64,000 bases of DNA from Azolla caroliniana. Taxonomy: Eukaryota > Plantae > Polypodiophyta. The notes beneath the pieces are model-generated. The model saw only the letters and a program-made list of their open reading frames with translations. It was not told the DNA's origin and searched no databases. Within the stretch, counting starts at the first letter, position 1; every line of letters begins with the position of its first letter. The DNA is taken from positions 4,774,001 to 4,838,000 of the forward strand of contig JBHGNT010000011.1 in assembly GCA_043228905.1 (NCBI GenBank). Reading direction: 5' to 3'. A program made the position numbers and the translations under genes. Below, piece after piece: positions 36,771 to 50,000 of this stretch.

Positions 36771-39700
36771 GGTTCTCTTGCGATTTCTTCCTTCGTTAAG
36801 TGGGTTACCTCCGAGCTTTTGACTACTCGAAAATAGGCTTCAAGCGTCGGTCGTATCCCCGGCAGCGGCGCCAAATAGATGTGTACTATCTATGTATCGA
36901 TGGAGTTAAACGCTCGATGTCGTTTGTGAAGTTCGGACCGGCGTATACCCTTTTGATGGCGAATCGGGCGGAGGTAGTTGTAGGGTACCTCCGAGCTTCA
37001 CACTCACTTAACGATTGGTAAATGATTAAGCACGATATCTCTCTCACTCTCTCTAGCTCTCTCTCATAAACAATAGGTTAATAGATATAGACAATAAGAA
37101 GGAAGAGTATGTTTATTAACCCTATTTGCTAAGAGGTCTAGCACCAACAAGGAGAGAGATTAGTGTTCTCTAACTAAACACCTCACTAATCTCTCTTAAG
37201 CTCAAGCGTTACAAGAAGGAGGAGAGGAAGCTCTAGCTCTAATCAATAAGAGATCTTTACAAATGGGAGAACCCTTACAAAGCCACTACCATGTGGTTTA
37301 TATAGCATTTACATTTAGAGTATGGACCTTTCACATTTTGATGTCCTTTAGCCCTCTTTCCTCTTCTCATTCCCTCTGTGTAGGTCCTTTAGCCATACTA
37401 TGTCCTTGTTGATGCGCTCTTCTTCGTGACTGGTCGTGGTGCTATCCAAGGGCTTAACAATCCATTCTGGCAACTATGGTTAAAACCATTCAGATGGATG
37501 TCATCTTCACTACTGTAGTGAATATCTCATCAAAATTGACATCCTTTTTCTGTTGAAAACCCTTCACCACAATGCAGGCCTTGTATCTGGGTGTGTTGTT
37601 GTGTTGTTGTCTTCTCTAGTTTTCATCTTGTAGAGCCATTTATTTCTAAGTGTCTTCTTTCTCTTAGGCAACTCCATCAACTCATAGGTCTGGCTCTCAT
37701 GCAAGCAATTCATCTCATCTTGCATGACACTATCTCATTGTGCACATCTGCCATGGCTTCATCATAGCATTCTAGCTCACCTTCATCAGTCAAGAGGACG
37801 TATTGATTGGCATATCGGATGGGTGCTCTCCTTTCTCTATGTCGGTATCTCCTTCCTCCCATTGTCAGCTCAGGTTCGGATGTCTCTGCCAACTCTTCAT
37901 CCAGATCGTGTTCAACCATGTCGTTCGGTTGTTGAAGGTTAACTGACTCCGACTTGTATGCCTTAATCAACTTCTGTAGGTTTGTCGAATCCGAGTCATA
38001 TGTATTAGTTAGTTGCTCTGAGTCAACTAATTCCGATTCGGTTGTGCCGACTGGTTGTCTCCTAACAACCGATTCTGTAGGGTCGACTAGTTTTGAGTTG
38101 ACAATAGTGGGAGTTGACTAGGAAGCAGGTTCAGACTTTTGTTGTTTCCAATACTCGATTGTTTTGTCTTCCAAGAACATGTTGTCCCGACTCCTCACCA
38201 CCTTCTTATCGAGTAAGTCCCATAGCCTGTATCCGAATTCATCGTCCGAGTACTGCAGGAATATGCATGGTTTCAACTTGATGTAAAGCTTCAACCTCTA
38301 ATCCTTAGCTACATGTATATATGCCAGACATCCGAACACCTTCAAGTGTTGATAGGAGACATCTTTTCCTGTCCACACCCTTTGTGGGACATCACCTTTT
38401 AGGGGCATTGAGGGAGACTTGTTGATTAGATAAACAACCGTGTACATTGCCTCAGCCCAATACGATTTCGGCAGCTTTGCATATGACAACATGGTCCTCA
38501 CTCTTTCCATTATTGTTGATTCATCCTCTCTGCAAGCCCATTCAAGTCATGGGTCTTTGGCATTGTATATTCAAATCTTATGCTTTGGTCCTTGCAATAC
38601 TCTTCGAACTATCCTCTGTACTTGCCACCATTGTTGGTTCAGACAGTCTTCAACATCCGACCCAACTCCCTTTCAGCTCTGGCCTGAAACTCTTTGAAGA
38701 ACAATAGTACTTGATCCTTCAAGTTTAGTACGAAAGCCAACAACTTTCGACTATAGTCGTCAATGAACGTTACGACGTACTATCCGCCACGATGTGATGG
38801 AGCATCCACGTAGCACACGTCTTTGTGTACCAGTTCCAATACAACTTCTCTTCTCTTTTGTGGTCTCAAGTGAAATGCAGCTCTGTTATGCTTTCCAACT
38901 AGGCAGTCGATACATCTCTCCAAGTGCACTCCTTTTACTTCTGGAAGAAGTTTCTAGTCGGCTAGGATATGCATGCCTTTCTCACTCATGTGGCCAATCC
39001 TCTTGTGCCATATCTCTCCACTCGAGTTGACTGCCACGTTCGCTTCATCCTTGCAAAACTTGGCATGCATCATGTACAAAGTGCCCTGTTTTTGTGCTTG
39101 GGCCACTATGAGATTTGCACGACAGAACTTCCATTTGCCATTTCGAAAACTACCACTGTAGCCGTCATCATCCATTCTTCCAGTCGATATCAGATTCATC
39201 CTGATATCAGACACATGTCGAACATCCATTAGGGTCAACCTACAATTGATCGATGTTGTCAGGCATACACTTTTGATGCCATCTATCTTGCATTCTCCAT
39301 GATCTCCCATCCTTACATAGCCATAGTCACCAACTATGAAAGACGAGACAGACTCTCTCGAGGGAGTTATATAGAATGATACACCTACGTCAATCACTGA
39401 AGTGCACTCTTCATTTGCAAGATTTGCACTTGCTTGCTCACAAATGAACATAAGCTTTTCTTCACTTGTAACCACGACTGAAGTGCCCTTCTCTTCAGAA
39501 ATCTTTTTGGGTTTGAGATTGTTTGAAGCACCTTTGTCTTTCTTAAGGTGTCAACAGTCCTTCTAGAAGTGTCTAGGTTTTCCACAATAGAAACATGTGA
39601 GCTTTCCTTTGAACTTGGACCTGGCATGAGACTTGTTTCTATTCTGTTGGCTCCTTTGCTTGGTTCTTCCTCTATCGGAATGTTGTGCAACATTCGCCTC

Positions 39701-39935
39701 CGTCTGAGACAGGATACTCTTCCTTCTTGTTTCCTCGTTCAAGATACTTGTCTTTACCACTTGTAGAGATAGGTTTACTTCTTGAAACGAGGTACTGAGA
39801 GACACGACCAGGTTCTCCCAACTATCCAGTAGGGTACATAGTAGTAACAAGGCATGCATAGCATCATCTAATGGAAACTTTGCTACCGCAAGTTGATTCA
39901 CCAACCCCATGAAGGTGTTAATGTGTACCACAAAG

Positions 39936-42552
39936 TGTCATAGATAGGATGCCACATGGAATGGTGGGGAACCCATGACCTTCTGGTCTTATTGGGAAAC
40001 CTTACCAGGTGAGCTACATCCATCTATACATTATTGTATTGTATAAGATTCAACTTATTTCATTGATCACTAGAAATTTCAAGAACCTTCTGGAGAATGC
40101 ATCTTCATGCACTCTATAGAAGTTTCCATGCACTCTCTAGAAGTCTTCTAGCTTTTGTGCATACCTTCAACTTCCCATTTTCTAAGCCCCAGCATGTCGG
40201 ATCTTGCCGAGAGAATAAATCAGCTCATGGAAGCCATGCATCAACTTCAACTTGAGAACGACAACCTTTGGGAATCGTTACAGAAGCTTCATGTTGCTAC
40301 ACCGATGGAACTTGAAGAAAAAAACAACTCTCCTCCTGCATCAACAAATGTTCTACCTATAGAGTCTGGTTCCTCGTCTAGGCTTTCTCCAACTCCTCCC
40401 CATCCCACTACAAGTATGGAGCCCAAGATTAGTTTACCTGAAAAGTTCGATGGCACAAGGAAGCATTTCCGAGGGTTCATAAATCAGATCAAGATTATTA
40501 TCCAACTACAGCCTCAACGATATGTGAATGATTTTCGTCGAGTTGGTTTCATCGGGACCCTTCTGTCAAGAGCTGCACAAGCCTAGTTTGCACCATTGGT
40601 TGAAACTTCATCACCACTTCTACAAAAGTTTCCTACCTTTCTGGTAGAGTTTGAGGCATCATTTGGGTATACGGATCGACGCCTAATTGCCATTACCAAA
40701 CTCTATTCATTATATCAAGGTATGTTTCCGCTATCCGTTTATGCCTCAGAATTTAGACAATTAGCATGTGATGTTCAATGGGATGGCCAAGCGCTCTGCG
40801 ACCATTTTCGTCGGGGCCTTCGAAGTGAGATAAAAAATTTACTAAACGCCATCACGCAAGCAGTTAGTTGTGACAATCAATTGTTTGAGCTTCATCAAGA
40901 GGAACGAGAAACTTCAAGTTGGCAACCCTCTTCGAGATATTCTCCATTGTCATCGTACGATGACCCCGTGCCAATAAAAATTGATCGACCTCGCACCCCG
41001 CTGTCGTGAAGTACGAAAGCTTCACATTAAAAGTCTACAATAAGATAAATACGTAACTAAAATAACATTTGATAATGTTTTATATATAAAGATAATATTA
41101 ACAACACATGATAATATTAGATATATATGTAAAGAAAAATAATATATATATATAGATAAATATATTATATTACACGAACAAGAGAGGACTTGAACCAATA
41201 ACCCCACCCTATGACTCTCAAATCTTAACATTTACTCTATACTAGTAATATTACATAAAGGATTTGCTTCATGATATAAAAATAAAGTTGTATGTTGTAT
41301 TCAATAGTATTTTGAGACTCAAACCCACAACCTCATACACCAAAGTCAACACAACTACCATTAGGCTAGGTCCTTTCTCTTTAAGATTATATTTTCATGT
41401 TTATTGTTATTGCATATATTGTTTCATACATAAAAGCTCAAATGAGCGAGATGTTTATCATGCATCACATGTAATGCATGAACGCCAAATGGCGATCATG
41501 CATCACATGCATGTCTTGTACCCTCCAATGCATCATATGCATGGGGGCACCTATTTAAAGGGTGAAAGAGAAGATCAAAAGGGAAGAGGTATGAGACATC
41601 AATCAAATTATGTATTACATAAGAGATACCATTAAAATAGAGAAAGAAGGGAAGAAGTTGAACATAAACATGGAGCTCTAGCTTGGCGGTCGTGGTGGTC
41701 AACTTTCAAGAAGAGGGAGGTGGTTCGAGCCTTATCTTCATCAAAATATTGAAGTGAAGATTGTAGTGGTCTACGATCAAGAAAGAGAAGAGCGATTACC
41801 TTGCAAGACAAAGTTCGGAGGTTCAACGATGTGTACAATCATTTTATAACTCTTTCATGAAAATAATTATAAATTTCATACACTTTCTCATATATTCTTT
41901 TATATCTTATCTTGTCTTATCTTATATTCCTTAAAAATCCTAGTTTGTCATATCTTATTGATCTCTATTCCCTCCATCTCTACTCTTTCGTCTCTTCCCT
42001 CCATAATCCCAGTGATTCCTTCCTCACTTTCATGTTATCTTTTGTGTGCGCAACGCTACGCTTCTAGGCGAGCCACGTCATGACACCGCCACTCACCAAG
42101 GCCGAACAGAGTTATCGCCGAAACAACAAACTATGTTTATATTGTGGTGCATCTACCCATCTAATTCGTTTTTGCCCAATCAAGAATAAATAACGACAAA
42201 TATCTACAAACAATACGACAAGATGGCCCCAACAACCGGAAAATGATGGTGTCCAACTACAGTAAGAACAATGTGGTTGGACAATCTGCATTCGTATCAC
42301 TCCCATAATTCAGCTACCTTGATAGAAGATTTATCCTTTTCGGTAAGCATCCATTTCAAGTCGATTTCAATTAGGTCCTTAACACTTCTCGATTCCGGGG
42401 TAACAATGTGTTTTATGGACAAAAGGTTCATTCGTAAACACAAATTTCCGATTGTCCGATTGTCCGATTGTCCAAGCCAATCCCAGTGGAAGCTATTGAT
42501 GGACGCACTTATCTTGCAGCTCGAGGACCACCAGGAGGCCTTAACGTTTTAT
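39936..42552 (+). mobile_element. Chromovirus-type (Tcn1/Tf1-sushi-like) Ty3/gypsy remnant: gag, CCHC, protease
   Basis: EPKISLPEKFDGTR..FRGFINQI..VGFIGTLLS and YASEFRQLACDVQW..FRRGLRSEIK gag; LCLYCGASTHLIRFC at ~42130; LLDSGVTMCFMD protease; starts TGTCA at 39936 where copia 5 gag is cut. Confidence 0.8.
41002..42085. mobile_element. Solo LTR (1084 bp) inserted in the Tcn1-like gag
   Basis: Ends TGTCGTGA..TCATGACA; flanked by CCGC on both sides; removal restores the frame RPRTP|PLTKAEQ..LCLYC. Confidence 0.8.
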
Positions 42553-42898
42553 TGTTGAGCGGCAAGCTCAACCGGATCTGGATCGGCATCCGGAAGGATG
42601 AGCCGGATCGGTGAGCTAGTGAGCAAGTGAGCCGGTGAGTTGGGGAGCCGGTTAGCCAGATCCAGCAGTAACTGGAAGCCTAGTAGCAACCTAGACTGCT
42701 AGGTAGTTAATGACTCGTAGTTAGTGTCAGACGCTCGTGTGAGCATTGAAGTACACCATACTTCTGTCAGTCCTCTTAGGACTTGTATAAATAGTGTTGT
42801 TGAAGCCTGTTGTATACAATGAGAACTATTATTGTTTTGTAATAGATTTTTAACGTTTTGTTCATTCTCTGTCTCTCCCGCGTACACTCTGTGTTTGT

Positions 42899-42942
<44 letters not shown>

Positions 42943-43021
42943 TGCTATCCGGCGGAGCCGGTTTGTCTGATGCTTCCGCACCTTCATTTTTACATGGTAT
43001 CAGAGCGCGAGGGTTGAGAAT

Positions 43022-44590
43022 TGTATAAACAAATAGCGTGCAGAAGCAATAGAAAACATAAAACAGAGAATAGGTTTAATGGACAGCTTAACAGTACGCG
43101 GGAGAGACAAAGAGAGTAGAAAGAGAATCACTATTCCAAATATTATATCAACACTCTGTACATAGTATGTGTTCAGCGAACACTTTTATACAAGTCCATA
43201 CAGACTGATAGAAGTACGGTGTACTTCAATGTGCACTCAAGCGTCTGACACTAACTACGAGAGTAATAACTCCCTAGTAGTCTAGTTGCTACTAGGCTTC
43301 CGGTTACTAATGGATTCGGCTAACCGGCTCCCCAACTCACCGGCTCTTTGCTCACTGGGTGCTCACTGGCTCACCGATCCATCTCGCTCACTGGCTCAGG
43401 CTTATTCAGCCGATCCGGCTCCAATTGAGCTTGCCGCTCAACACTCCCCCTCAAGCTCAACTTGATGTCCGGTCGTAGTGTCAACGTCTGTGGCAACTGG
43501 TCCTTCTGCCCGGCTCCCTCTGGGGTCACTCCGCCTTGCTCGCACTCCTCGTCCGGTCCGGTTATGTTTGCCGCGACCCCTCTTGTTCTGCGCACCTCGA
43601 CCTCCTCGGTCGGCTTGTCTGCTCAACATGCCTAATTCAGCTCCCTCGTTGCTGTGACTTCGGTGCGTGCCGGTTCGCCGATTCTTTCATGTTGGCGTTG
43701 ACTTTCACCCCCTTCTCGTCCTCTTGGCCTTGAATTGATCCGGTTCTTCCGAATCTGTCTGTTGAACCGAATCGACTGTCTCTGATTCGTTCCAACTCTT
43801 GTCCGAATCGGTTGCTCCCGATTCGTCGTCTGGTTCTAGGCCCTTCACCACATTGGCCCATGTTCGGGTCTTGGCCTTCTTCTTCCAGTTGGCTCTGTCC
43901 TTCTTGACTCTGCCGCCGCCGCCGCTTGTTTCGACTTGTTCGGATGTATCGACTTCCTTTGTCGACTTAGCTCCTTTCTTCTTCTTGACTCTCCCTCTAT
44001 CGGTTCTTCCCTCACCGCTCATGCGGCAGTCTCTTTGCCTTTCCCGTTCCAGTGTTTTTGCCCGTTCTCCCCCTCAAGTGTGGCATGTCGAGATGCTGAA
44101 CACCAAGTATTTTGGTGAAGTGTTGCAACTTGTCTGATCCGAGTGGTTGGGTGAAGATGTCGGCAACTTGCCGATCCGTGTGAAAATACCGAAGTTCGAC
44201 CTCACCGCTCAGGACACGCTCACGCACGAAGTGATAGTGCACTGTTTCTCATCGCAGGCCGGTCCGGAGTCCGGACAGAGCTTCTGGTTCCGGTCCAGGG
44301 GAGTAGAGATAGGTCGGCATTCCGTCATGCCGAACTTGTACAACATATTCAACACATAGTGACTTTGTGAGAGCAATATGCCATCGAGGGTTCAGATCAC
44401 CTCGATCCCAAGAAAATAATGAAGGTCCCCCAGGTCCTTCATGTCACACGCATCCGACAACTGGGACTTGACTCAACTGATTTCATCGAGTCCGGGTCCG
44501 GTGATGACCAGATCATCAACATACAACAAGATGCAAACCGGACAGTCCTGACCTTGTCGGATGAACAACGAAGAGTCAGACTTGGAGGCC
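43022..44590 (-). mobile_element. Inverted 3' fragment of a same-family copia (element 7): RT piece, RNase H end, charged tail, PPT, 3' LTR 43022-43443
   Basis: Minus-strand HYHFVRERV..VADIFT (44012-44242); PPT 43444-43452; ~44270-44590 is an inverted homolog of ~57777-58110. Confidence 0.85.
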
Positions 44591-47042
44591 TTAGTGATGA
44601 AACACGAGGCTAACTTGATGAAGAAGACCACTTCCAAATCGGAGGAAGTGTGGTACGTTGATTCCGGTGTGTCGAATCACATGACGAGCCACAAAGAGTG
44701 GTTCTTCTTCTTGGAGAAACCGGAACAACCGGGAGTCGTCGAAACCGGAGACGACACCCCTCACCCAATCATGCATGTCAGAGAAGTCCATTTGAGCCAC
44801 ATCGGATAGAGGGGGAAGCTGATGAACGTAATACATGTTCTGACTATCTTGAAGAACCTGATGTCAGTCGGTCAGATCATTGACCAGGGGATGCAGGTCC
44901 AGTTTACGCACCTTGGGTGCTTCATCGAGGAAGAGGGTCAAATCATTGCGCAAGGGCATAGAGACGGGAGGATGTTTATCCTACACACCAATGACGTTGA
45001 CACCCCTTTGTTCGCCAAAGGACAAAAGATTGAATTGGATATTGATCTCTGGCACAAGCGGATCGGCCACGTCAATTACCTGAGGCTTCAAGACCTGCAA
45101 TCGAAATAAGTCGTTTTCGGTTTGTTGAAATTTAATGGCCGGAAGGTCGAAATTTGTGAAGCTTGCCAACTCGGGAAGCAACACCGGCTTCCATTCCCCA
45201 CCGAACGAAACCATAGCCGTAACAAGCTCGACCTCAATTACCTGAGGCTTCAAGACCTGCAATCGCAACAAGTCGTTTTCGGTTTGCCGAAATTTAATGG
45301 CCGGAACGTCGAAATTTGTGAAACCTGTCAACTCGGGAAGCAACACCGGCTTCCATTCCCCACCAGACGAAACCGTAGCCGTAACAAGCTCGACCTTATT
45401 CATTCGGATGTATGGGGACCAACACAAAATGTTAGTCTTGGCGGGAATCGGTATTTCGTCTCCTTCATTGACGACTACAGCCGGCACACGTGGATCTACC
45501 TCATTGAGCGGAAGAGCGAAGTCTTCGAGTGTTTCCGGAACCTGCAAAGCCTGGTTGAACGGGAGACGGAGAGCAATATCAAGTGCCTACGGTCGGATGG
45601 CAGAAAATAATATTTTTCCGGCCAATTCAACAGTTATCTGCAACAGAAAGGAATTCAAAGAGAGTTCAGATGCACATACACACCGGAGCAAAACGGTGTG
45701 GCCGAGAGGAAGAACCGGTCGATTGTTGACGACGCAAGGGCAATGCTGGAGGAGAAGAGCATGCCCCATTTCTACTGGGCCGAGGCAGTCAGGACGGCCG
45801 TCTACATCCAAAACTGGATCGGTGACAAGGTGTCCGCACATGAGCTGTATTTCGGACGCAAGCCGAATTTGAGACACCTTTGGATATTCGGTAGCATTGC
45901 ATATGTGCATGTGTGGGATGAGAAGCGAAGGAAGTTGGATGCAAAGTCGGAGAAATGCATCTTGGTCAGTTACTCACATGAGCGAAAGGGGTATAAGTGT
46001 TAGAACCCCTGGACGAAGTAGGTTTGAGTTAGCCGGGATCTTGAGTTTGATGAGACGGTGTCATGGTATGCCTTACCGGCTACGACTTCCGACCCCGACC
46101 CGATATCGGAGGATGAGGCTAGTGAGCCTGAACGGCTCCAATTAGAACAGGAAGACTGTGGCACTCTAAAAGAGAGTCCGATCTCATTCCAGCTAAGTGG
46201 ACCGAATGAGCGGCTGAGTCGGGATGACCAGACAGATGAGGAACCGACGAGTAGTGGAGACTCTGCCATGCTCTCCCCGCGCAAGGAACCAAGGAGACGG
46301 TTCACGCGCAAAGAAAAGGGGAACAAGAAGATGTCAGAATACGAAGCCGGCAATGATGAGTCAGATCGGAGCAAATCCAACTCCGGAAAGGATGAAGGCG
46401 GATCTTCAGGAATGAAGTCCGACCTGGCCAAGAAGGGTCCCAATCCGGGTAATACCCAGTTACGCCGGTCTTCCCGCCTGAAGAACCCAGTTACGCGGTA
46501 CGGGTACAATGAATACATAGCACATCACTATGCATACATGACTAAGGTGGAAGAAGTGCGTGAGCCGGAGAGCTACGCAGAAGTGTTAATCATAGGGCCG
46601 GACAACAGCCTAACATAGGGTGTCCACTTAAGACCCTTCACCAAAGGGTGGTACAGCAGAATGACTTACGACACAACGCTTAATTAGACCTTAATTGGTT
46701 ACCTAGCAATCCGTAATTAACATGCGTAAGATATAACAATGAATATAGAACGGTAATCAACACTGGAAGATTAAGACAATAAGCTCTATTAATTATCCGT
46801 TGTCGATTACATTGTAACCGGGCCTTTATATAGGTCTCCGGTGTGAAATACAAAACGGTGCCAACCGGCACCTTTTCGGGATCGGTCCGGATCCAGGTCA
46901 GCATACCGATTCCGGTCCGTCCGTCCATCTTCTCATATATTACTATATATTTTAAGACTACTAATTACAACAGTTCCCAAATAAACTATTCCTTTCATAC
47001 TCTGGTTTGGACCTCCTTAAGCCTTCTTGCCAGCCGGTAACA

Positions 47043-50000
47043 CATGGCACGCCCGTGGGACAGTACCTTGTACGTCGAACCCATTATCCGGCCCTTTTAC
47101 GCTTTGTCCAAAATGTCCAGAATACTTTGCTCCAAAATTTCCAATGGTTCGTCGGGAATCTGTTGGTGCTGTTGTGGCTGCTATTCCGTTTGTGGCTGTG
47201 GCTGCTCCGTTTGGGGCTGCAGCTGCATTTGTTGCTCTGGCACCGATGTTTCCTTCGTTGGTTCCTCCGTCCGAGTTGTCTCTAGCTGACTAACCCTAGC
47301 CTAGTCCCCGTCTGGTCCTTGCACCGGCGACGGTTCCTCATCACTAAGGTTGACCGTTGCCTCCTTCCTCGCTTTTTCTTCCCGAAGTCGGGATCGCTCA
47401 TAGCTTTCGAACTGGATTTGAGCCTCCTGCCGATCGTCGTCCAGTTGAGCTACGAGCTGCTGGACCTGCACCAATTGTTCATCCGCCAGGGTTGTGAAAT
47501 CTTCAGCCAACTCATCCCTTATGGCGGTGAAGTCCTCCGATGTCAACGTATAACAATCATCACCCTCCTTCCGCCGGTTTTCCACGTTCGCCCTGAGCAA
47601 TTGGAGTTCCGCCGTATTCTGCGCCCATTTCGCCCACCAACCCACAGAGCTGTCGTCAATCAAGCTTTTGGTCTTAGTGAGCCATGACCGGAGGATGCAC
47701 TGGATCCGTTCGGCTCCCATATGTGATTTATTTTGTACGGCTTGTCGCTCCTCTTTCAATTGCTTGATGATTCGAACCGTGTTCGCGTCCTGCTCCCTAT
47801 AATGCGACAATTGATTTTGATAGGTTGTTTGCAAACTCTGTAATACCATTGTCGCTCTTTCCTTGTCTTCATGGTTCTGTTTGTGGAGCTCCATCCGGTC
47901 ATTCGCCACTTCCTCCAATAGCTTGGAACTCTCAACTCGTTCTTCGACGAGTGCCGTTGTGGCCCCTATCAACTTCTTGCCAGAGCTCGGCCATCCGTTC
48001 CTGTTGTTGCTTATACTCTGTCTCCAGCTACTTGTAGTCCCGATGCAGATGATCAAAATCATTGGTCTTCTGCTTCAGCCTCTGGTTGATCTGTCGGCGT
48101 GCGCGGTCCTCCCGGTCCTTCTGTTGACGGAGTTCTTCCTTCAGCCTCTCAATTTTTGTCTCCACCATCCGTCGCAACTTGTCTTTTTCCTGTAGCAATT
48201 TCTCTTTTTCCTCCTTTAGCCAGTCGTAAGCATGATGTCCTTTACGCAGGTTTTCCTCTTCCAGGCGGAGGTTCTCAACAGTCCTTTTTAATTCTTCTTC
48301 AGCTGCCTTCTTCAAGTCGTGTTCGCGGCAAGTTCATCTCGTAATTCCGCAAGCTATTGGGCTTGCGCCGCATCTTTCGATGGGACAGTTTGTGTCTCCG
48401 GGACAGTTTGTGTCTCCGGGGTCTTATTCCTCTGTACATCAACCGGAGTCACCGGTGCTTGGATCTGCGTTGCGTTCCAAGTCTTGTTCGAGGCACCGGA
48501 TCCTTGACCGGGCCGTCTCCAGTTCATCGGTTGTGACGAGTAGCCGTTCCGTTTGCGCTCTTTCCTCCGCCTCTATGCATCCGACTACTTCGGAAATTTA
48601 TTCTCCTAACGACCGGAGCCATTGGTTGCCGGTGCACTGTTGTTGCGCTTGCACGGAGGGTTGGTTGATGGGTTCACTCACCGGTGGCTGGTCCCGCCTT
48701 ACTGCGTCGAGCTGCACTTCTGGTTCTGCCAGCTGACCACTTTGCCGTTCCAGCTCTGACTGTGTTTCGGCTTGCTGCCCCTTGTCTGCTTGTTCTTGGC
48801 TGGCTGGGACGGTTGGTCTTTGTATATCCGGCTCTTGAGTTACGGGGCTTGCCGGTGCTGCCTGTTGTGCCGGGACTTCTGTGACCGGTTCCCTCCGAAC
48901 CGGTTCCGGTGCCTCCCTTGGCATGGGATGCTCATCGTGAGTTGCGGGCATTCCATTCTTCTGTGGGTCCGAACGCTTCCCGATTGATTCAGCGGTGCTC
49001 TTCACCGGCCTCCGTTGGAGGTGCTCCGTGGGTTCTTCCTCCATTTCCTCCGCTTGAGTCCCGACATTCATTCTTGCCGCCAGGGTGTCCGTTTCCTGTT
49101 GCACCGGTCGGTGGAGTGGGCTCTTCAGAGGCCATGCCGGTGTCTCCTCGTGTGTGTCCGTCGGCCGCTTCCGGTTGGCGCGCTCCTTTGCCATCTTCTC
49201 AGCGTCAGCCATCTTCCCCTTAGTGGCCTTGGAGGCCAACAATTGTTGCCGTTTCGAAGCAGGTTTCGGGGTGTCGTTCGTTGCTCTTCCCCGCTTCTTG
49301 GTCTGGACGAGCTTGACTGGTGGCGCCAATAGGGTGAGCCATTGTGTCACCGCATGCCATATTTTCCGGCCTTCCTTGCTGTCCTTTCCTCTTACGATAT
49401 CAATCGCCGTGCACAACCCGTCGGCAATCAACACCGGCCAATCCACCTTGACCCCTTCGTATGTCGCGATAATCAAGCCTGCTCGGTTCTAAGGCATGAC
49501 GGGGGGTCGAGGGTACACGTAGCCGAACTCATGGAGCACACGGGCAATTTCGCGGAATAGCATATCTTCACCGCCCTGTGTCCTGTAGCCCTTGCTGGCG
49601 AGAGAGTACTCACCGAAATATTTGATGAGTTGCTCGGAGGTAGGATTGTCGATCGTGTAGATGCCTCCCTCCGGAAGGCCTATTAACGCACGGATCGCCT
49701 CCTCCGTGATCACCTCTGTGTTGATTTCTTTTATAATCTTTTCGGCCTCGTGTGGCGCCGCCTCCATGATCGTTAAAAAACCCTCCGGTCCGTGCTGTCG
49801 TAGCCATTTCCTGGCGGCTTTAGACAGCGTTTGGCAGTCCATCTCTACGTCGAGGTCAGAGAGCCTTGGCGAGGTTTGGTGGTGGGGAGAGTGTGAGAGA
49901 GAAAGTTCTGAGGGACGGGGTTCTCTGTGTGCGAGCTCTCTGCAATTGATCTTCACGTGTCTGTCTGCGTCTGTTCTCCTTGGTTCGCGATAGGAGAAGG

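Larger units (their letters stand above)
31402..37459 (-). mobile_element. Internally deleted Athila-like Ty3/gypsy element
   Basis: TSD ATCCA (31397-31401 and 37460-37464); 5' LTR 36880-37459; 3' LTR 31402-31960 lacking the first ~25 bp of U3; PBS TGGCGCCGCTGCCGGGGA (tRNA-Asp type) 36856-36873; no RT or integrase left. Confidence 0.92.
29623..39935 (-). mobile_element. Old degenerate Tnt1/Tork-like copia element 5, host of several insertions
   Basis: Gag/knuckle 39563-39931 (CFYCGKPRHF); protease/GAG-pre-integrase 38954-39475; integrase 38298-38510; RT 30692-31400 and 37465-37970; RNase H ending MHLAKNVVYHSW at ~29625; collinear with copia 4. Confidence 0.88.
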
